Positions 1 to 13,329 of a stretch of 64,000 nucleotides of DNA are shown here, piece after piece. The stretch comes from Paraspadella gotoi (lineage: Eukaryota > Animalia > Chaetognatha). The notes beneath the pieces are model-generated. The model was not told the DNA's origin, did not search any database, and worked only from the letters and a program-made list of their open reading frames with translations. The stretch spans positions 9,912,839 to 9,976,838 of the forward strand of contig CM119269.1 of the NCBI GenBank assembly GCA_051294375.1, read 5' to 3'. A program made the position numbers and the translations under genes. Every line of letters begins with the position of its first letter. Position 1 is the first letter of the stretch.

Positions 1-3000
1 AAAATGTCGGTTGCGCGATTTGCAAATTATGTCGAGGTAAATCGTGACAGGCAGATTAGCAACCTTGAACATGTTCGGGTATGAACCGGCCAACACGATA
101 GTTGGAAAACTTCCTTAAAGTTGTTGAGTCGTTTAAATTTTTGGAAAAACCTGTCGAACGCGAGTTTTTTCCAAAATCAAATCTTTTCGCCTGTAGTAGC
201 GAGAAAACGAATCCTTATCCACCGAAGGAAATTTCGGCTTGGTCGAAACTCCTGCGCAGCCGGCCTTTCAATATATGGGTTCGACTGTCGTTCTCGGAGA
301 AATATCCAACAGGCACCATCGCCGGTGAGCACGCAAAAATATCTCATACTGGAACGATGAGAATGAAGACAGCTTGTCCCAAAGGCTTTCTCTTCGACGA
401 TCGCTGTAACAAAATCATTGAGGCGCCGTGTGGAAAGAAGCCAAACATGGCGCGAGCGAGGATGGTACGCTTTTCGTCGATTATTTTGTTTCCTCTTGGC
501 ATCGTGAACGAGGATCTTGACCCATACCTCTATTCGTCTTCGCTGTAAGTCGGTTCTCGCTTCCTGTTAAGAAAATCGCATGAAAGTCCGCGATTTGCAA
601 TTTTTGTCAGAGCTTTTGGCAGCGCTGGCAACGCGCGGATCCTCAATCGACTCTGTCCACGCCGAGCGTGAGAGCAGGAGATGGCCGTTAGTGGGGCCAA
701 TCGATGTCCTAACTGGCGAAGGCCGTCGTATGTCGGGAAGTCTTAACTGGACCGGGGCAAGAAATGGCCGGCTTGTCAACCTTTGCCCGGAGGACAGAGC
801 TGGCTGAGCCCGGACTTCGGCTTCTGCGGGCTTGGAAATTTGTCGTAGCTGACTTTGCATGGGCCTGACACTTCGAGGTGGAGAAGCTGGGAATGAGCAC
901 TCTGACTCCCAAGATCAGCCAAGTCTTCCTCGACAAAGACCAATTTGGATGTTTAGTGTCTGTTCTTTATTTCTAGCAAAATCTTATAATAGCAATTTGC
1001 TTTTTCAGGCGTCGCACCATCTCAAACTTTCGGCGTCGGCCACTCGCATTTCGAAGAAGGGTGGCAGCTGTCTTGAGCACCGCGACGCTGTTTTTTCTCA
1101 TTGATCACTTTGCGGCTGTCTTCCTCGTAAGCTTTGACGACGCTGAGGATGTAGTCGTTGATCGGAAAGGCATGGTTGCCAACTTTCTCTCGCCGAAAGC
1201 AGTAGAGTGCAGACCAGGAATCCAAGCAAGCGCTCTGTAGCATCCCTTGAAGCTGACTAGCGTCAAGAGCTGCGTATACCAGCTGTTCTGAGCGACAGCG
1301 GCGGATCGCATTCCTCTGCCAACAATCAGACGTATGATTCCCTGTGGAAGCCTCGCTTATCCAAAAAAACCGATTCACAAAAGGACGAAGTTTGAAGAAA
1401 AAAGGCCAATGAGACCTGAAACTCGGGCCCAGTTGTCCTGACTGGAACGAGCGACGCAATTCCGAGGCCTTGAGCCAAACTTTGTGGCAAAACCATAGAG
1501 GTCAGTACCTCGATGTAACGAAATATTCACTGCCTTGTTGATCGGAATTGGACAGGGTTTTCGCAAAGTTCCAGCAGATTACTTCCTCTGACATTTTTAG
1601 CCTACAAATATCACCTTTCTGTGTAGAAGAATTTTGGAGAAGATGAACTGGGGACGCCCCTCGCTCAAACAAGATTCCGCGACTCCGAGATTTCCAATTG
1701 ATAGACAACATTCACATCTTCCTTTCCAACTTTCGCTCATTAGTTTGAAACTGTCGCTGGGCTTCCTTCCCGATCAAAGCCAAGGCACGAACATGGTGAC
1801 CAGGCTATGGCCAGTAGCGTGCGCGAAGCATGCACCTGCCATCCTGTCGCATATGATCAGCGGACGTGGATTAATTTTTTGGGACCGCGACATCTTCTCT
1901 AGGCTTTGAGACACTTGGACAGAATCCAGCGAACTCATATTCTGGTAACGCGGCCTTGTCTATAGCTTTTCGTCGCGTAAAGCATTATTCTGTAAAGGGC
2001 GGAATCCTGTCGAAGACTTTACATACAGAGATTCTGGTTGATGTCGTCGGCAGTTTTATCTTCCTTATTTCCGCCATCAGGACGCGCGGAATTATCGGAG
2101 TTGAAACACGAGGAGGACGATCGCATGGCACCTTCAGCGGAGCAGGACCGATCTTCACAAGAAATTTGAGGAGGAAGCACAGCAGGAAAACCTTGGAAGG
2201 TTATTCTCTGGCGGAGACGTGAACCTCTACGGGAGTCTGCTGCTTAGAGACGTATAAACTCTGCCGTAATAGTCTTTCTTTTTCCCCATGATAGAACTTG
2301 TTACTGCGGCCATAGTATAAGGATTCAAGTTGAATTAATAGAATTAAATAGCCTCAAATCGGTATAAAGAATCACTGAACAGCAAAAACCTAACAAGCTA
2401 TAAAAGCGATCGTTTATATAGCCAAAGGAAGAATTAACTTAAAAGAAATATAACTCATAAGAACTTTATTTCTTCTAATTTACGTTAAAATTGATCACAT
2501 TTCACTATACAAATAACTAACGTTATATAACAAAGAAGTAAAGGAGGGAGAATTTATCATGCATACCACCATACATCAGGCGGTGAGGTTATCTTCTTTT
2601 GTTTGGTTTTACTAGGCCAACTGTTTTCTTGTCAAGGGATTTGCCGAAATTAGCTTTGTTTTGAGCTTCAGTGTAATCACTGGCATCCAATCTTGAAGAA
2701 TTGTAAATTAAAATCATGCTTTCTTACTTGTCTATGCCTAAAATCAAAAGCTGGACTATGTCTATAGTTGTGCGAATATCTATAGAAGTATTTTAAAATG
2801 TATTCACGTTACCCCCTATTTAGGAGACTGCTAGCAAAGGAGTTTGCTGGCGTTTTTTGATCTGATTAATCTCACCTTCTTCATAAAATTTGGTCCCTTC
2901 AGAAACTCGTCAATCGGACCTCTCGTGTAACTACACTTTGTACTAGAGGGTGTCGGTTGGTGGTTAGGCGTAACATTCTTATGGCTATTCGGTATGGCGG

Positions 3001-3749
3001 AAATTTTCTTTCTGTTGAAACTCCTCCCCTTACAAGATCGATTCGGTAAAGGCGAGAAATACCTCGATCAAATGATCCTGTCCGATTCTCGAGGAATCAA
3101 TTGTAACTGTTCCTGAGAGATCGAAAATTATTGTTTCGGAAGCATGTTCGAATCCTTAGCCATACGTTATGAATAATTGGCTTTCTCTGTAGCTACTAGT
3201 TCTTGGATTCGTTGCCTCTTTTTTGTTGTAGGGTGTAGCAGGGTAGAACGTTTATAGCGCGAGCTAACACTACGTTTATAGATTTTATACGAGATGTGGC
3301 GTTTTCTTTCATTTTCTGTTAGGAGTGGCGATAACTTACTTCCAAAATTATCACATCGCGCAATCCTCTGGAGGTATGACCTCTACTCCATTGGCACTGA
3401 ATCCCACGCGATATTTTTCGTGTTTCTTCAGGCCAGAAAATTCCACGCAACCTTGCTGATTGCTGCCATGCAGCGCTTGAACAGCATCATCCAGATTTTC
3501 TGGAGGTGCGGACAATTCTTCGCTGGTTTGTCGTTTGCACCTCTGAGGATGGCTCGCGAGGACTGGTACCATAAACGTCCGAGTCTAATTGACGTCTTGC
3601 ATGCATGATAACTGCAAATACACTAACCAGGAAATCTGGATGTCTTCTTTTGGAAAGCTGGAACCTTTTCATCAGTTCGCTTATATAGTTTGCTATTAAC
3701 ATTTTTAGATTGCTTCTCGGATTTTACGATACCACTTCTTTCCAATTGT

Positions 3750-6290
3750 GCGTCTCTCACAAATATAGGAGGTTCCAGGGCCTCCTTTGAAATTTGTTGC
3801 ATCTTTCACCTTAACGTTTAGCGGGACCACGCCATTCTTGCGCTCGAGCTTAATTGCGCCTTTCATCGAGGCACACGTTCATAACACTCTATCTCCAACT
3901 TTCAAGGATGAGAGCCTTTGGCTCTTTCTTTGTAATATTCTCTTCTTGCTCTTCTCTCCTTACTCTTTTGAAAGAGCTTTTTTCTTAACTTGTTCCCCTT
4001 CTTTTCGCATATTTTGGATATATTTCATTCAAAGTTCTTATGCTTTAACTTTGACTTCGCCACCAAATAAAGATAATTGTGCAATGAGGCGTGCGTCTTC
4101 TCAAAGAAGAGCGAAGAAGGTGTCAGATCGTTTTTAGCAATTGGAGCGTGGTATTAATATATCCATTCAACATAAGGCAAAATGATCCGTCCAAGACTTA
4201 CCATACTGCTGAAGCCGTTTAGTTAAGCCGTCTTTTATGCAGAGTTCGGTTTGTCTACTCAACAGTGCCTGTGGGATTGTCTCGAGTCGAACTAAGCGGA
4301 ACACTAGTCCTTTTCCTTTGTGCCTTAGGACTTGCTATGTAGCATCATATACATCAGAGGATACAAACTCACCACCATTGTCTGATGTTTAAGGCGTTTA
4401 GTGGCGCCAGCAAAGGCAAACAATGGTTTTCAAACGCCTTTTGCGCATTCCCAAAGAGTTCTTGTTTGAAGTTTTTGATACAATTTGACATATCCCAGAA
4501 AAAACACATCTTTAAAGACTAAAACATATTTGAAGTTTGCCGGTAGCGCAACTGGCAATTGCCAACAGATCACAGATAACGTGGCGAACACGTTTTCGGC
4601 GATTACTGGTTGGTAACATTGTTACTTTTGGTTTGCGGTTCCCGTATGTTTGGTGCAAATTTGCCACAACTTTTCGGTGAATTCCGAAATATCTCGACGT
4701 TAATTGTGGGCCAAATTGCATATCTTTTTATTTTGTCATGCATCTTGTTGTGCCTTGGCATGGCCAGAACATCATCAGAACCATGAGAATCTTCGCGAGT
4801 AACTTCTTGTACAAGCTGTTCGCCCCGTGCTAACTACAGCTTGCATCACAGGAGAGTGGATACCTTTGTGAAGCCTTTGCGGCTAACAACCAGCACCTGA
4901 GCATTACAAATCTGGTTGCAAATTCTTTTCAAGAACCATTTTTTCAGGAAAAATGACCTCGGTGGTTCTTCTTCTCATCTTGACGAATTCCAAATTTCAA
5001 GATATTTATAGAATCGGGCTTCTTGCTTTGTTTTTAGGACGGGAGCTTTCGGCATTGAGTGTAACGATGGTTAAGATTCACTCCAATGCATTCAATGCCC
5101 AAAAGAGCCCATTCATTGTCATACTTTTCCTAAGGGCATAATGCATCTTCCTCGCAAGGATCTTCGTCTCTTCGCCTCTCCTTGCTCATTGCACTGCCAT
5201 CCGTAAATGTAAATACTTGCCTTGCTATGTGTTAGTGAAAGCTCAAATTTCATATTATCAAGCTCGATGGCCCATCTAGCTCCTTCTCCCAGTGGCGTCT
5301 TCTTGGGATCAACTTTCTTCAAGAAAGTAAAGGCCGATGGTCAGTTATTAGCAATGGAACGGTGCATGCCTTAAGTAATGGCAATTTGGCGCGAATGCGC
5401 ATAGTTAGTGCAAATAAAATTCTGCGATTCATAAGTAGCACCATTTTTGTTGGGGTTTAGACAGTTTCTTTGAACCATAAGAAATGACTTTTTACCTTTT
5501 CCATCTATCTTCTGGGTTTTAGGACGTAGCCTACAGCCAGGAAAGAGAGCATCACTTTTTAACATTAAAGGATGTTTTCAAATCTGGGTAAGACATAATT
5601 TGATCCGGATTAAAAATATGTCTGAGTGTCCTCAAAGGCTTTTTGATGTTCTTCTTTCCAAGACCATTCCACACCATCATGGGTGAGAATCAGAGAGGGT
5701 GGCAGAGCAATTTTCGCATGTAGTCTTGACATAATGGCGGTAAAATACCCTGTTAGCCAAAGGAAATGGTTTTAAATGGCGTTGACATTTTTCGGAGAGC
5801 TTTCCATGAACGGATTTTTTTCAACATTGGCAGGATCCTGGGCAATGCCACTCTTTCTGGCAGCAGTTTATGTCAAGACATACCACAGATTCCTGCGGCT
5901 GAATTTCGCACTTGAAGGGTTTGAGCTTTGAGCCAGCACCTTCCGAAGGCGCCGGCAGCACCTGATCCAGGTTGTTTGACGGTGATCCTCCATGTTGTTT
6001 TCTGCAACACAAAATGTCAATCCGATATAGCCTAAACACTGGTTTACGGGCGGCAACCCCACGCAGACGATGACTGCTAATGCAGTAGCTACAGCTTGGT
6101 GAGTTTTTGGCACCATGGTGCTACTTGCATGGATTCCAAATGCATGATTTCTGCTGTTTGAGAAAGCAAAGAATTCTGCGGTCACTAGTGCTTGGAATAG
6201 GAATACTGCCATGATACTTTTGTGTTATGTCCGAGAGACGTCTACAGATTTTAGCGGTGTCGATGGCGCTTGAAATTGGGGAATCCTCGA
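3750..6290 (-). mobile_element. Decayed Ty3/Gypsy LTR-retrotransposon pol (RT-RNaseH-integrase), heavily frameshifted
   Basis: Minus-strand fragments fall in Gypsy order. RT: 'NHAFG', 'CLGYI..ILC', 'AGSKLKPFKCE' (~5880-6150). RNase H: 'TDHRPL..ARWAIELDNMKFEL' (~5240-5350). Zn-finger region: 'KMHDKIKRYAIWP' (~4710-4750). Integrase core: 'DVFSGY', 'TSDNGGEF', 'TGTVE*TNRT', 'SWTDH' (~4180-4510). C-terminus: 'LTPSSLFF', 'KVGDRVL', 'KLE.KW.GP' (~3820-4130). Boundaries are approximate and no LTRs were identified. Confidence 0.88.
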
Positions 6291-7400
6291 TCCCCGGCAG
6301 GGGGGTCCTAGTACCACACTTCCTTGTTGCACCTATTCATTACTCTTGTACCTGAACGGTGAGAAACTCCAACACCAATTTTCATCTTACCTATCTCTCT
6401 CTTTTACGTTGCGCCTGTAGAGACATAGTGGTAGAGGATTTATGGTAACAAGAAATTGATTGGACAGAAAATTAATCGGGAGAAGCGATCGATCGAGCAA
6501 ATGACGCNNNNNNNNNNNNNNNNNNNNNNNNNNNNNNNNNNNNNNNNNNNNNNNNNNNNNNNNNNNNNNNNNNNNNNNNNNNNNNNNNNNNNNNNNNNNN
6601 NNNNNNNNNNNNNNNNNNNNNNNNNNNNNNNNNNNNNNNNNNNNNNNNNNNNNNNNNNNNNNNNNNNNNNNNNNNNNNNNNNNNNNNNNNNNNNNNNNNN
6701 NNNNNNNNNNNNNNNNNNNNNNNNNNNNNNNNNNNNNNNNNNNNNNNNNNNNNNNNNNNNNNNNNNNNNNNNNNNNNNNNNNNNNNNNNNNNNNNNNNNN
6801 NNNNNNNNNNNNNNNNNNNNNNNNNNNNNNNNNNNNNNNNNNNNNNNNNNNNNNNNNNNNNNNNNNNNNNNNNNNNNNNNNNNNNNNNNNNNNNNNNNNN
6901 NNNNNNNNNNNNNNNNNNNNNNNNNNNNNNNNNNNNNNNNNNNNNNNNNNNNNNNNNNNNNNNNNNNNNNNNNNNNNNNNNNNNNNNNNNNNNNNNNNNN
7001 NNNNNNNNNNNNNNNNNNNNNNNNNNNNCGATCGATCAATCAATCAATCTATCAATCTATCAATCGATCAATCAATCAATCAATAAAACAATTTAAATCA
7101 ACTAATAAATTTGGCAACCAATTGATAAGGCAATAGTTATCAATCTATCAAAGAGGAAAATTTAAAAAAAAAGGCAATTCGTTAATCAAACAAGCAGTCA
7201 ATCAATCAATAAATTTGCCTATATTTTATATAATAGTCTAATAATTAATAATAATTAGTATATCAATAAATTATTTAATCAAAAATTTTTAATAATATTA
7301 TTATTATTATGATAATCAATAAATAATATAATTTACCAGTCAATCATTCAATCAGTTTACCAATCAATCAATTATTCAATCAATCAATCATTCGCCTCAC

Positions 7401-7473
7401 GCGGATATTCGCAGTTTATGAAGTTCACGTCGTCGATCGCGATGTCGCCCAAAATTGACCAACTTCTTTCCGC
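7401..7473 (-). CDS. MAM/LDLa gene exon (duplicate copy A): AERSWSILGDIAIDDVNFINCEYP
   Basis: ttcag acceptor, gtgag donor, MAM C-terminal motif GDIAIDD..C; phase 0 to 1. Confidence 0.85.
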
Positions 7474-7509
7474 CTGAAATTTTGACGGAAAAGTTTTCGT
7501 TATAAAAGG

Positions 7510-7616
<107 letters not shown>

Positions 7617-7623
7617 CTCTCAC

Positions 7624-7716
7624 CTTAAAGACGATTTCGAATGGAAACCGGATGTGGCCCAAATTGATGAGTCCTTTCTGCCATTTGTCACCTTTGTTGC
7701 CCGAAGATTGGAAAAG
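7624..7716 (-). CDS. MAM/LDLa gene exon (duplicate copy A): LFQSSGNKGDKWQKGLINLGHIRFPFEIVFK
   Basis: ttcag/gtgag, 93 nt in phase 0, MAM motif 'sG..G..W' followed by 'FEIVF'. It joins in frame to exon 11450-11670. Confidence 0.85.
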
Positions 7717-8302
7717 CTGAAGATTTTGAAAATTGAAAAAGTGATGTATATCTCGGATTGATTAAAATGCCAAATAGTGAGAGGCCCCTCAAGAAGATTA
7801 TATTTTTAAATGTTTATATCTCTTTATCACTTGTAAGTGTATGTATTGTTTGATTATCAAACAAATAGGTGCTGTTATGCGTTTTTCCCCCATCTTAAAA
7901 ATAAATGAGTATTTTTTTATCAAAATTTTTAAAAAAATAATGATATTATTGAGATGGTACTAGGATAATTGAATATGGCTTCGATGAGTTTAACTATAAG
8001 ATAGTAGAGAAGGCGTTAATAGAGCTTTCAACTACTATGGAACGTGTCCCAAGATTGGAACCAGGTTTGAGAGTTTTCCGCCACCCCCGGCGGTTTACGA
8101 TCGTCCTCACGCTATCCGGAAGCGCATGAGCTAATGTCTCTACCCAACGNNNNNNNNNNNNNNNNNNNNNNNNNAAATTGCTCTCTGCTAATAAATGAAC
8201 GAAGAGATATTAGCAAAAAGTATCACGCATTCAATGAAAACATGAATCGATGAATCAATAATGAATGAATCAATCAATCAATCAATTATAAATGAATTCA
8301 AC

Positions 8303-8347
<45 letters not shown>

Positions 8348-8606
8348 TCTCCTTCTCCTTCTCACTATCTATCGTCCTCCCTCTCACTGCTCTCCTCACT
8401 ACCGCTAGGTCCCCCAGGGCGTCCGTAGGAAAAGTCTCCGCATTGCCACCTTATCCTCTTCTCTCTCTGCTCGTCATAGTCTCTCCTCCTTCTCTCTGTC
8501 TCTTCTAAAAATCTCTCCGTCTCTCTGTCTCCTCTGTCTCCCCTTCCTCATGCGTCTCCATTCTCTCTCTCTCCTCTTCTCTCTCCTCTCCCCCTCTCCT
8601 CTCATC

Positions 8607-8832
8607 CCGAAAACCAATCCCAATGACGAATCATCCTCCTGATCGTCCTGCTTCCAGTCGCACGTTGCCGACGTCTCGAAGTCGCATCCTTGGAATCGGT
8701 CGTCCGCGCAGGCGACGTCCGTCTCGTCGCTTTCGTCGCCGCAATCGTCGTTGAAGGTCGCAAAGGCGGATGTGGAGACGCAAGACTTGCGCGCGCAACG
8801 GAATTGATCAGGGCCGCAAGAGGGGAGGATGG
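8607..8832 (-). CDS. MAM/LDLa gene exon: LDLa repeat plus start of the next MAM domain (error-containing sequence)
   Basis: Encodes SCGPDQFRCARKSCV...NDDCGDESDE (LDLa DCxDxSDE), then GCDFETSATCDWKQD (MAM start). The aag acceptor in phase 1 fits the preceding exon. The donor end is approximate because of indels. Confidence 0.8.
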
Positions 8833-9197
8833 CTTTGAAGAGGGGGGAGGGTGATCGATCGATCATCAATCATCAAGCGTTCAATAATCAATTAATCAAT
8901 CTATCAATTTCAATCATCAATAGAAACAATTTAAATCAACTAATAAATTTGGCAACCAATTGATAAGGCAACAGTTATCAATCTATCAATCAGAGAATTA
9001 AAAAAAAATAGGCAATTAGTTATCAAAAATCAGTCATCAATCAATAAATTAGCCTATATTTTTATATAATAGTCTAATAATTAATTAATTGCTATTTATT
9101 ATATAAATTTTAATATATTATTATTATGATAATCAATAAATCAGTCAAACATTCAATCATTCACCAATCAGAGTCAATATCAATCATTCGTGCTCAC

Positions 9198-9307
9198 GCG
9201 GATATTCGCAGTTATGAAATTCACGTGCGTCGATCGCTATGTCGCCCAAAATTGACAACTTCTTTCCGCCTGAAATTTTGACGGAAAAGTTTTCGTTATA
9301 AAAGGAC

Positions 9308-9392
<85 letters not shown>

Positions 9393-9494
9393 GTTTCTCT
9401 CACCTAAAACGATTTCGAATGGAACCGGATGTGGCCCAAATTGATGAGTCCTTTCTGCCATTTTGTCACCTTTGTTGCCCGAAGATTGGAAAAG
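9198..9494 (-). CDS. MAM/LDLa gene: two exons (9404-9494, 9198-9269), indel-ridden copy B of 7624-7716 and 7401-7473
   Basis: Near-identical to copy A, including the intron and flanks, but with scattered 1-bp indels. Its position fits the exon order leading into 8607-8832. Confidence 0.7.
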
Positions 9495-9700
9495 CTGAAG
9501 ATTTTGAAAATTGAAATATCTTGATATGCATTGAACTGTTATATATGTTTATACTCTCTTATCACTTGTAAGTGTATGTATTGTTTGATTATCAACAAAT
9601 AGGTGCTGTTATGCGTTTTTCCCCCATCTTAAAAATTAAATAAATGAGTATTTTTTTATCAAATTTTAAAAAAAAAATGATATTATTGAGATGGTACTAG

Positions 9701-10430
9701 TCTGGTGGTCCTATCACCAGCAGATGGATTAAAGCTGTTTCTTTCGCAGCGCCAGTGGCTCAGTGGACTAATGCACCATCCCCAATGTGCGTCCCTGGTT
9801 CGAGCCTGCGGTTGTCATGTAGAAAGTGGGATGGACCGGGTAACCGCCTGTAGGACATGGCCTACTGAGATCCAAAAGCTCTCTGGACTACATGAACATG
9901 CTGTCTCGCTGTCGCACGAGTGACACCGCTGCGGGTGTGGCGCCCTGTAAAACCAGCCCTCTTCAATGGTGAGCCGACGTGATTACGAAACCACCAACCC
10001 ACCGGGCATGGATAATACTCCTCTGCCCTTGATGTGGTTTGAGCTACGCAGCTGCCACTCAAAGCATGGCCACCAGAATGAAGAGGGGTTCAGCGGAGAA
10101 TGGCTTCATCCCCTGCTTCGCTACTTCATAATCGGAGAGTCCTGGGGGCGGCTCGTCTGGTGTCCTATCACCACAGATGGATTAAAGCTGTTTCTTTCGG
10201 CACGCCTCAGTGGCTCAGTGGTATAATGCACCATCCCATGTGCGTCCCTGGTTTCGAGCCTGAGCTCATGTCAGAAATTTGGATGGACGGAATAGACCTA
10301 CCGCCTGTAGCCATGGGCCTCTGCCCAGATCCAAATGCTTGGACTACATGAACATGAGTTGCTGGTCCGCCTGTCGCCACGAGCGTGACCCGCTGCGGGT
10401 GTGGCGCCCTGTTAAAACCAGCCTCCTTCA
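9701..10430 (+). mobile_element. TRIM-like miniature LTR retrotransposon (LTR 9701-9965, internal ~190 bp, LTR 10156-10430)
   Basis: Two ~270-bp direct repeats, each ending cttCA. PBS TGGTGAGCCGACGTGAT at 9967-9983. G-rich tract before the 3' LTR. Flanks ctag/gtag. Empty site visible at ~7958-7963. Confidence 0.8.
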
Positions 10431-11449
10431 GTAGGATATAATTGAATACTGGCTGTCGTAGTGAGTTAACTCTATAGATAGTAGTAGAGAGGCGTTATAG
10501 CGAGCTTTCCAACTTACTATGGAACGGTGTCCCAAGATTGGTAAACCAGGCTTGCGAGTTTTTTCCCGCGCACCCACGGCCCCCGCGGTTTACGATCGTC
10601 CTCACGCTATCCGGGAAGCGCATGAGGCTACAATGTCTCCTTACCCAAGCGACTACCGGGTGTCAAGATTAAAGGTGTCGAGTAAGTTGTAGTGAAAGTT
10701 ACGTACGAAAATTTCTAAAGGTCAATTTGAAACACCATATCCATCAGCTGAAACATTAATTTGTAAAAAAGCTAATTTTATGTTTTTTAAATTTTTCCGC
10801 GAGTAGGCTATATTGTAATATATATAGCTACTCCTTATAAAATCGAAAAATTTTCAAAATAGGCTTTTCTTAATTTTGATTGCAGATTTGAATTCCTCGT
10901 CAAAAGTTGATAAAAGGAAAATATAAATTTATTTTTTAAAAATTCTTTCATTAAGTGGGTTAAAATTACAAAAACTATATTATATATAAAAAAATTAATT
11001 TTCACTTAAAATATAGCTTTTTCTAATTTTTGACCCACTTAGTGAAGGAATTTTTTAAAAAGAGTTATAATTTCTTTTTATTCAACTTTTTATGACGGAA
11101 TCCAAGTCTGCAAAAAAATCTTAGAAAAAAACTGTTTGAAATTTTAACATTTATTGGATTAGTACTAGTATAAATATGGCCACTGCGTAAATGGTAAAAT
11201 TGTTATAATTTTTTTTTATACATAAATGTTCATTAGTATAATGTTGTTCTGTCCTCACTTTTAGAATTTAATTAAAGTTAAATTAGAAATTTTACTACGC
11301 CTTAAGTTGTCGAGCTTATTGGGCGGAGTGAAATTGTCTGTGGAAACACTTTAACAATTTCTTTACCCAACTTATTTTAGTCTCAATCTTTACTTTTCGC
11401 CACACAAATAAAATTCCTCCTTTTCACTTGACTTCCCCCCCCCTCTTAC

Positions 11450-11670
11450 CATTGTGTCCTCGGATATCCCGTCCGCCGGGCGAAGATCGACCCTCAAATT
11501 TCCGATACCGTATCCATACATGTGGTAGTAGAACTCGAGCTGACATCCCATCGCCGTTGGTTGCAATAGAGGCGACAAGAGCTCGGCCATGTCGTAAGAG
11601 GATCCCGTGTTGGCTTCGACCACCATGTAGTAGCCTGTGACTCCGTTGGTCGTGTGATCAACCGTGGGTC
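11450..11670 (-). CDS. MAM/LDLa gene exon: MAM core
   Basis: Encodes GPTVDHTTNGVTGYYMVVEA..AELLSP..CQLEFYYHMYGYGIGNLRV; aag/gtaag; phase 1 to 0. Confidence 0.93.
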
Positions 11671-12005
11671 CTTTGGGGGGAAAGAGTGGGCGGACCAGTG
11701 GGTAAATTGAGCGCATGTGCTTTGTGGGTTATAGGCCGAAATGTGGCAAACGTCAAAAAAGATGAAAAGCAAAATGAATATGTAAATTAATTAATAAATA
11801 AGTGAATTTAGGTAAATAAATTACTAATAAATAAGTAAATTTGTAGATAGATAAATTAATTAAACAAATTTAAACATAACGTTTTTGAATAAAAATCATT
11901 TATTATATTTACTTAATAATAGGCAATCATTTTTAGACGATGGAATCTTTAAAGCAATTCAAAATAAAGTTTTCCCCACAGTTCCTCGATGCTATTTTGT
12001 CTAAC

Positions 12006-12128
12006 CCGTATTCGCGGTGACAGTCCCGTTCCTTCCTCGCCGCCACTTGTACGACCCGTCACTCCTAACGTCGAAGCCGCAAACTCCCAATTCGAAACTG
12101 CATTTCCCGCAGTTGGCCTCGTCCAGTC
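12006..12128 (-). CDS. MAM/LDLa gene exon: end of LDLa-like module and MAM start
   Basis: Encodes LDEANCGKCSFELGVCGFDVRSDGSYKWRRGRNGTVTANT; ttcag/gttag; 123 nt, phase 1-1. Confidence 0.88.
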
Positions 12129-12623
12129 CTGAAGAGGAAAAGGAATGAAGGAAAATTGGAACAAAAGATCAGCGTAAAATTGGAATGAAAATAGAGAACT
12201 TTGGGCTTTTTAGATTTATAAATTCAAAATTATTTATTATTATTTAACATTACGAAAAACAAAAATTTTTACGTGTTTTTTAAATGTTTTTATAATTTTC
12301 AATAGATATTTGTTTGTTTTTTTATAGCTATTATCTTTAAATTTACTATTTGTAGATTTCTTTATAACTTTGGCACATATTTAATTACAGAAAAAATCCA
12401 AGTACAATTACATTTTTGTAGTATGATTTAAAAATCGATTGTTTAACAAAACAGGCAATAAATTAAACAGATCTAATCAATAAATCCAACAAACAAAGTC
12501 CAAAAAATAATGTCTACACTTCTATCCATCAAATAATAAATCCATCAATGAAAAATACTCAATCACTCTATTGATCATTCAATAATCCATTAAATCAATT
12601 TAATCAATCAACCAATCTCTAAC

Positions 12624-12801
12624 CATTCTTGCAATCGTTCTCGATCCAATCACATTTCTTCTTGGCATCGATCTTGGTTCCATCTTTGCAGTCGAATTCG
12701 TCTCGATCGCCCGGATCGATGCAGGCGACGCCTGGCGTCAATTTTAAGTCATCGATCGCGATGTCGCCATTCCCGTCGCCCATTTGGGCGCTGATGAAAA
12801 T
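12624..12801 (-). CDS. MAM/LDLa gene exon: MAM end plus LDLa-like module
   Basis: Encodes IFISAQMGDGNGDIAIDDLKLTPGVAC..EFDCKDGTKIDAKKKCDWIENDCKN; tacag/gttag; phase 0 to 1. Confidence 0.9.
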
Positions 12802-12823
12802 CTGTAAGTGGGGGGGCGTGTTT

Positions 12824-12889
<66 letters not shown>

Positions 12890-13329
12890 TGTGTGTCTGT
12901 ATCTATATGTGTCTAACCTGTATGTTTTTCTCTATTTCTTTCTGTCTCTCTGTCTTTTCTTCTCGATCTTTGTATATATTTATGATAGCTTTCAATTCAA
13001 ATCTATCTTATCTTCCAGTATAATTATTAGCGTTCATGTTTAATGAATTCAACAAACAATTTTATTTTCTTAAACATTTCATTGGGCTCGTGAAAATCGG
13101 TCATATTCACAACTAGTACTTTTCTTTATTTTACTCTACATTTAATTTTTTGTTGTGTTTACTTAAATTTGATGGAAACGTAAATAAAAAATAATGTAGG
13201 TGATAGGAAAACCCTGGTCAAAAATATAAATACTTCCACCAAAAAACAAATAGATGATTATAAACTGCCCCGAAAAAAATTGTCAATAAAGATACACAAG
13301 AGTAATAAATTTAGCCATGATATTGCAAG

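Noticed and set aside
6387-7136. Long ORFs spanning N runs (also 24220-25864, 27583-28993, 32177-32604)
   Set aside because: They stay open only because N codons are not read as stops.
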